IMG/VR virus record: IMGVR_UViG_2758568559_000001
Reading direction: 5' to 3' (one strand)
DNA from: a virus
Length of the DNA stretch: 40,790 nt
The notes beneath the pieces were generated by a model. The model was not told the origin of the DNA, did no database searches, and was given only the letters and a program-made list of their open reading frames with translations. Position numbers and translations under genes: made by a program. Positions 40,246-40,790 of this stretch are shown here, piece after piece (within the stretch, counting starts at the first letter, position 1; every line of letters begins with the position of its first letter).

Positions 40246-40790
40246 ATGAAGTTTGGATATGCGCGGGTTTCAAGTAAAGATCAGAATTTAGCCCGTCAAA
40301 TTGAGGCTTTAACGAATGCTGGTTGTAAAAGAATTTTCCAGGAAAAGCAATCCGGTAAAAATATTCAAGACCGCCCAGAGTTGAATAAATTATTGAAGAC
40401 AATTCATGAAGAAGATATTGTAGTTGTCCTTAGTTTAGATCGTTTGAGCAGAAATTCTGCAGATATAAAAATTTTATTGAGCCAAATTGAGCGTAAAGGG
40501 GCTACTTTTGATATCTTAGATTTGCCTTCTTTTTCGGGTGTGGAAGACTTGAATTTACGGCGACTATTAAATAATTTAGTTATTGATTTAATGTCTTATA
40601 TTGCTGAACATGAACGTACTAAAATTCGGGAACGTCAAGCTGAAGGTATCAAGTTAGCAAAAGAACGGGGGGCTTTTATCGGTAAACAGTTAGAATATGG
40701 GCCTAATGCTGCTAATCCACAAAAACGGGCAATCTATCATGCTATTGTTAAAAGTTTGCAATTGGGAGAGTCTATCAGTTATATAGCAAG
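40246..40790 (+). CDS. Small serine recombinase (resolvase/invertase family), N-terminal catalytic part. The ORF runs off the window end and finishes at 185 after circular closure (200 aa in total).
   Basis: ATG at 40246 preceded by GGGGA. Translation is MKFGYARVSSKDQNLARQIEAL...VVLSLDRLSRNSADI...ERTKIRERQAEGI, with the catalytic-serine motif YARVSS. Absent from the ORF track because it has no stop inside the window. Confidence 0.9.
   Translation, partial: MKFGYARVSSKDQNLARQIEALTNAGCKRIFQEKQSGKNIQDRPELNKLLKTIHEEDIVVVLSLDRLSRNSADIKILLSQIERKGATFDILDLPSFSGVEDLNLRRLLNNLVIDLMSYIAEHERTKIRERQAEGIKLAKERGAFIGKQLEYGPNAANPQKRAIYHAIVKSLQLGESISYIA

Noticed and set aside
40211-40402. 63-aa minus-strand ORF
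   Set aside because: It is antisense to the well-supported serine recombinase gene.

Overview
The window is a complete, circularly closed replicon. Bases 1-127 exactly repeat 40664-40790, giving a unit length of 40,663 bp, and the window is opened inside a serine-recombinase gene. It is an AT-rich temperate siphovirus-type phage whose gene content looks Lactobacillaceae-like. It appears to be maintained as a plasmid prophage: I found no integrase or host flank. It carries ParA, three small DNA-binding paralogs, a centromere-like repeat array, and a 200-aa resolvase/invertase with a res-like site.

Almost all genes are on the minus strand. Read in the direction of transcription, the modules are:
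- Genetic switch at 34.1-37.2 kb: cro-like and cI-like genes with five copies of a 15-bp operator, an ImmA-type metalloprotease, a membrane-anchored exclusion candidate, and a second HTH/S24-type repressor.
- Early/replication genes at 34.1-23.1 kb: RecT, a PD-(D/E)XK exonuclease, a DnaD-like replication organiser with internal ori-like repeats, an HNH-like protein, RusA, ASCH, DUF3310-like, and many unknowns.
- An ArpU-type late activator at 22.6-23.1 kb.
- An ORF-poor spacer of about 1 kb with 21-bp iterons and tRNA-like modules.
- A terminator-insulated orphan gene.
- A late operon that opens with ParB-like, DpdA-like transglycosylase and QueT transporter genes. It then runs through terS, terL, portal, head morphogenesis, scaffold, capsid, connectors, major tail, frameshifted chaperones, tape measure, Dit, Tal, a BppU-N-type receptor-binding protein, holin and a signal-peptide GH25 endolysin.

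The most interesting items are:
- the salvage-type 7-deazaguanine DNA-modification cassette (ParB-like, DpdA-like, QueT) with no precursor-biosynthesis genes;
- the two ORF-free structured regions (21.6-22.6 kb and 39.3-40.2 kb), which may encode large or unknown RNAs;
- the phage-plasmid maintenance module with triplicated small DNA-binding proteins;
- the dual repressor architecture.

All functional calls rest on motif recognition by eye and on synteny. No database search was possible.
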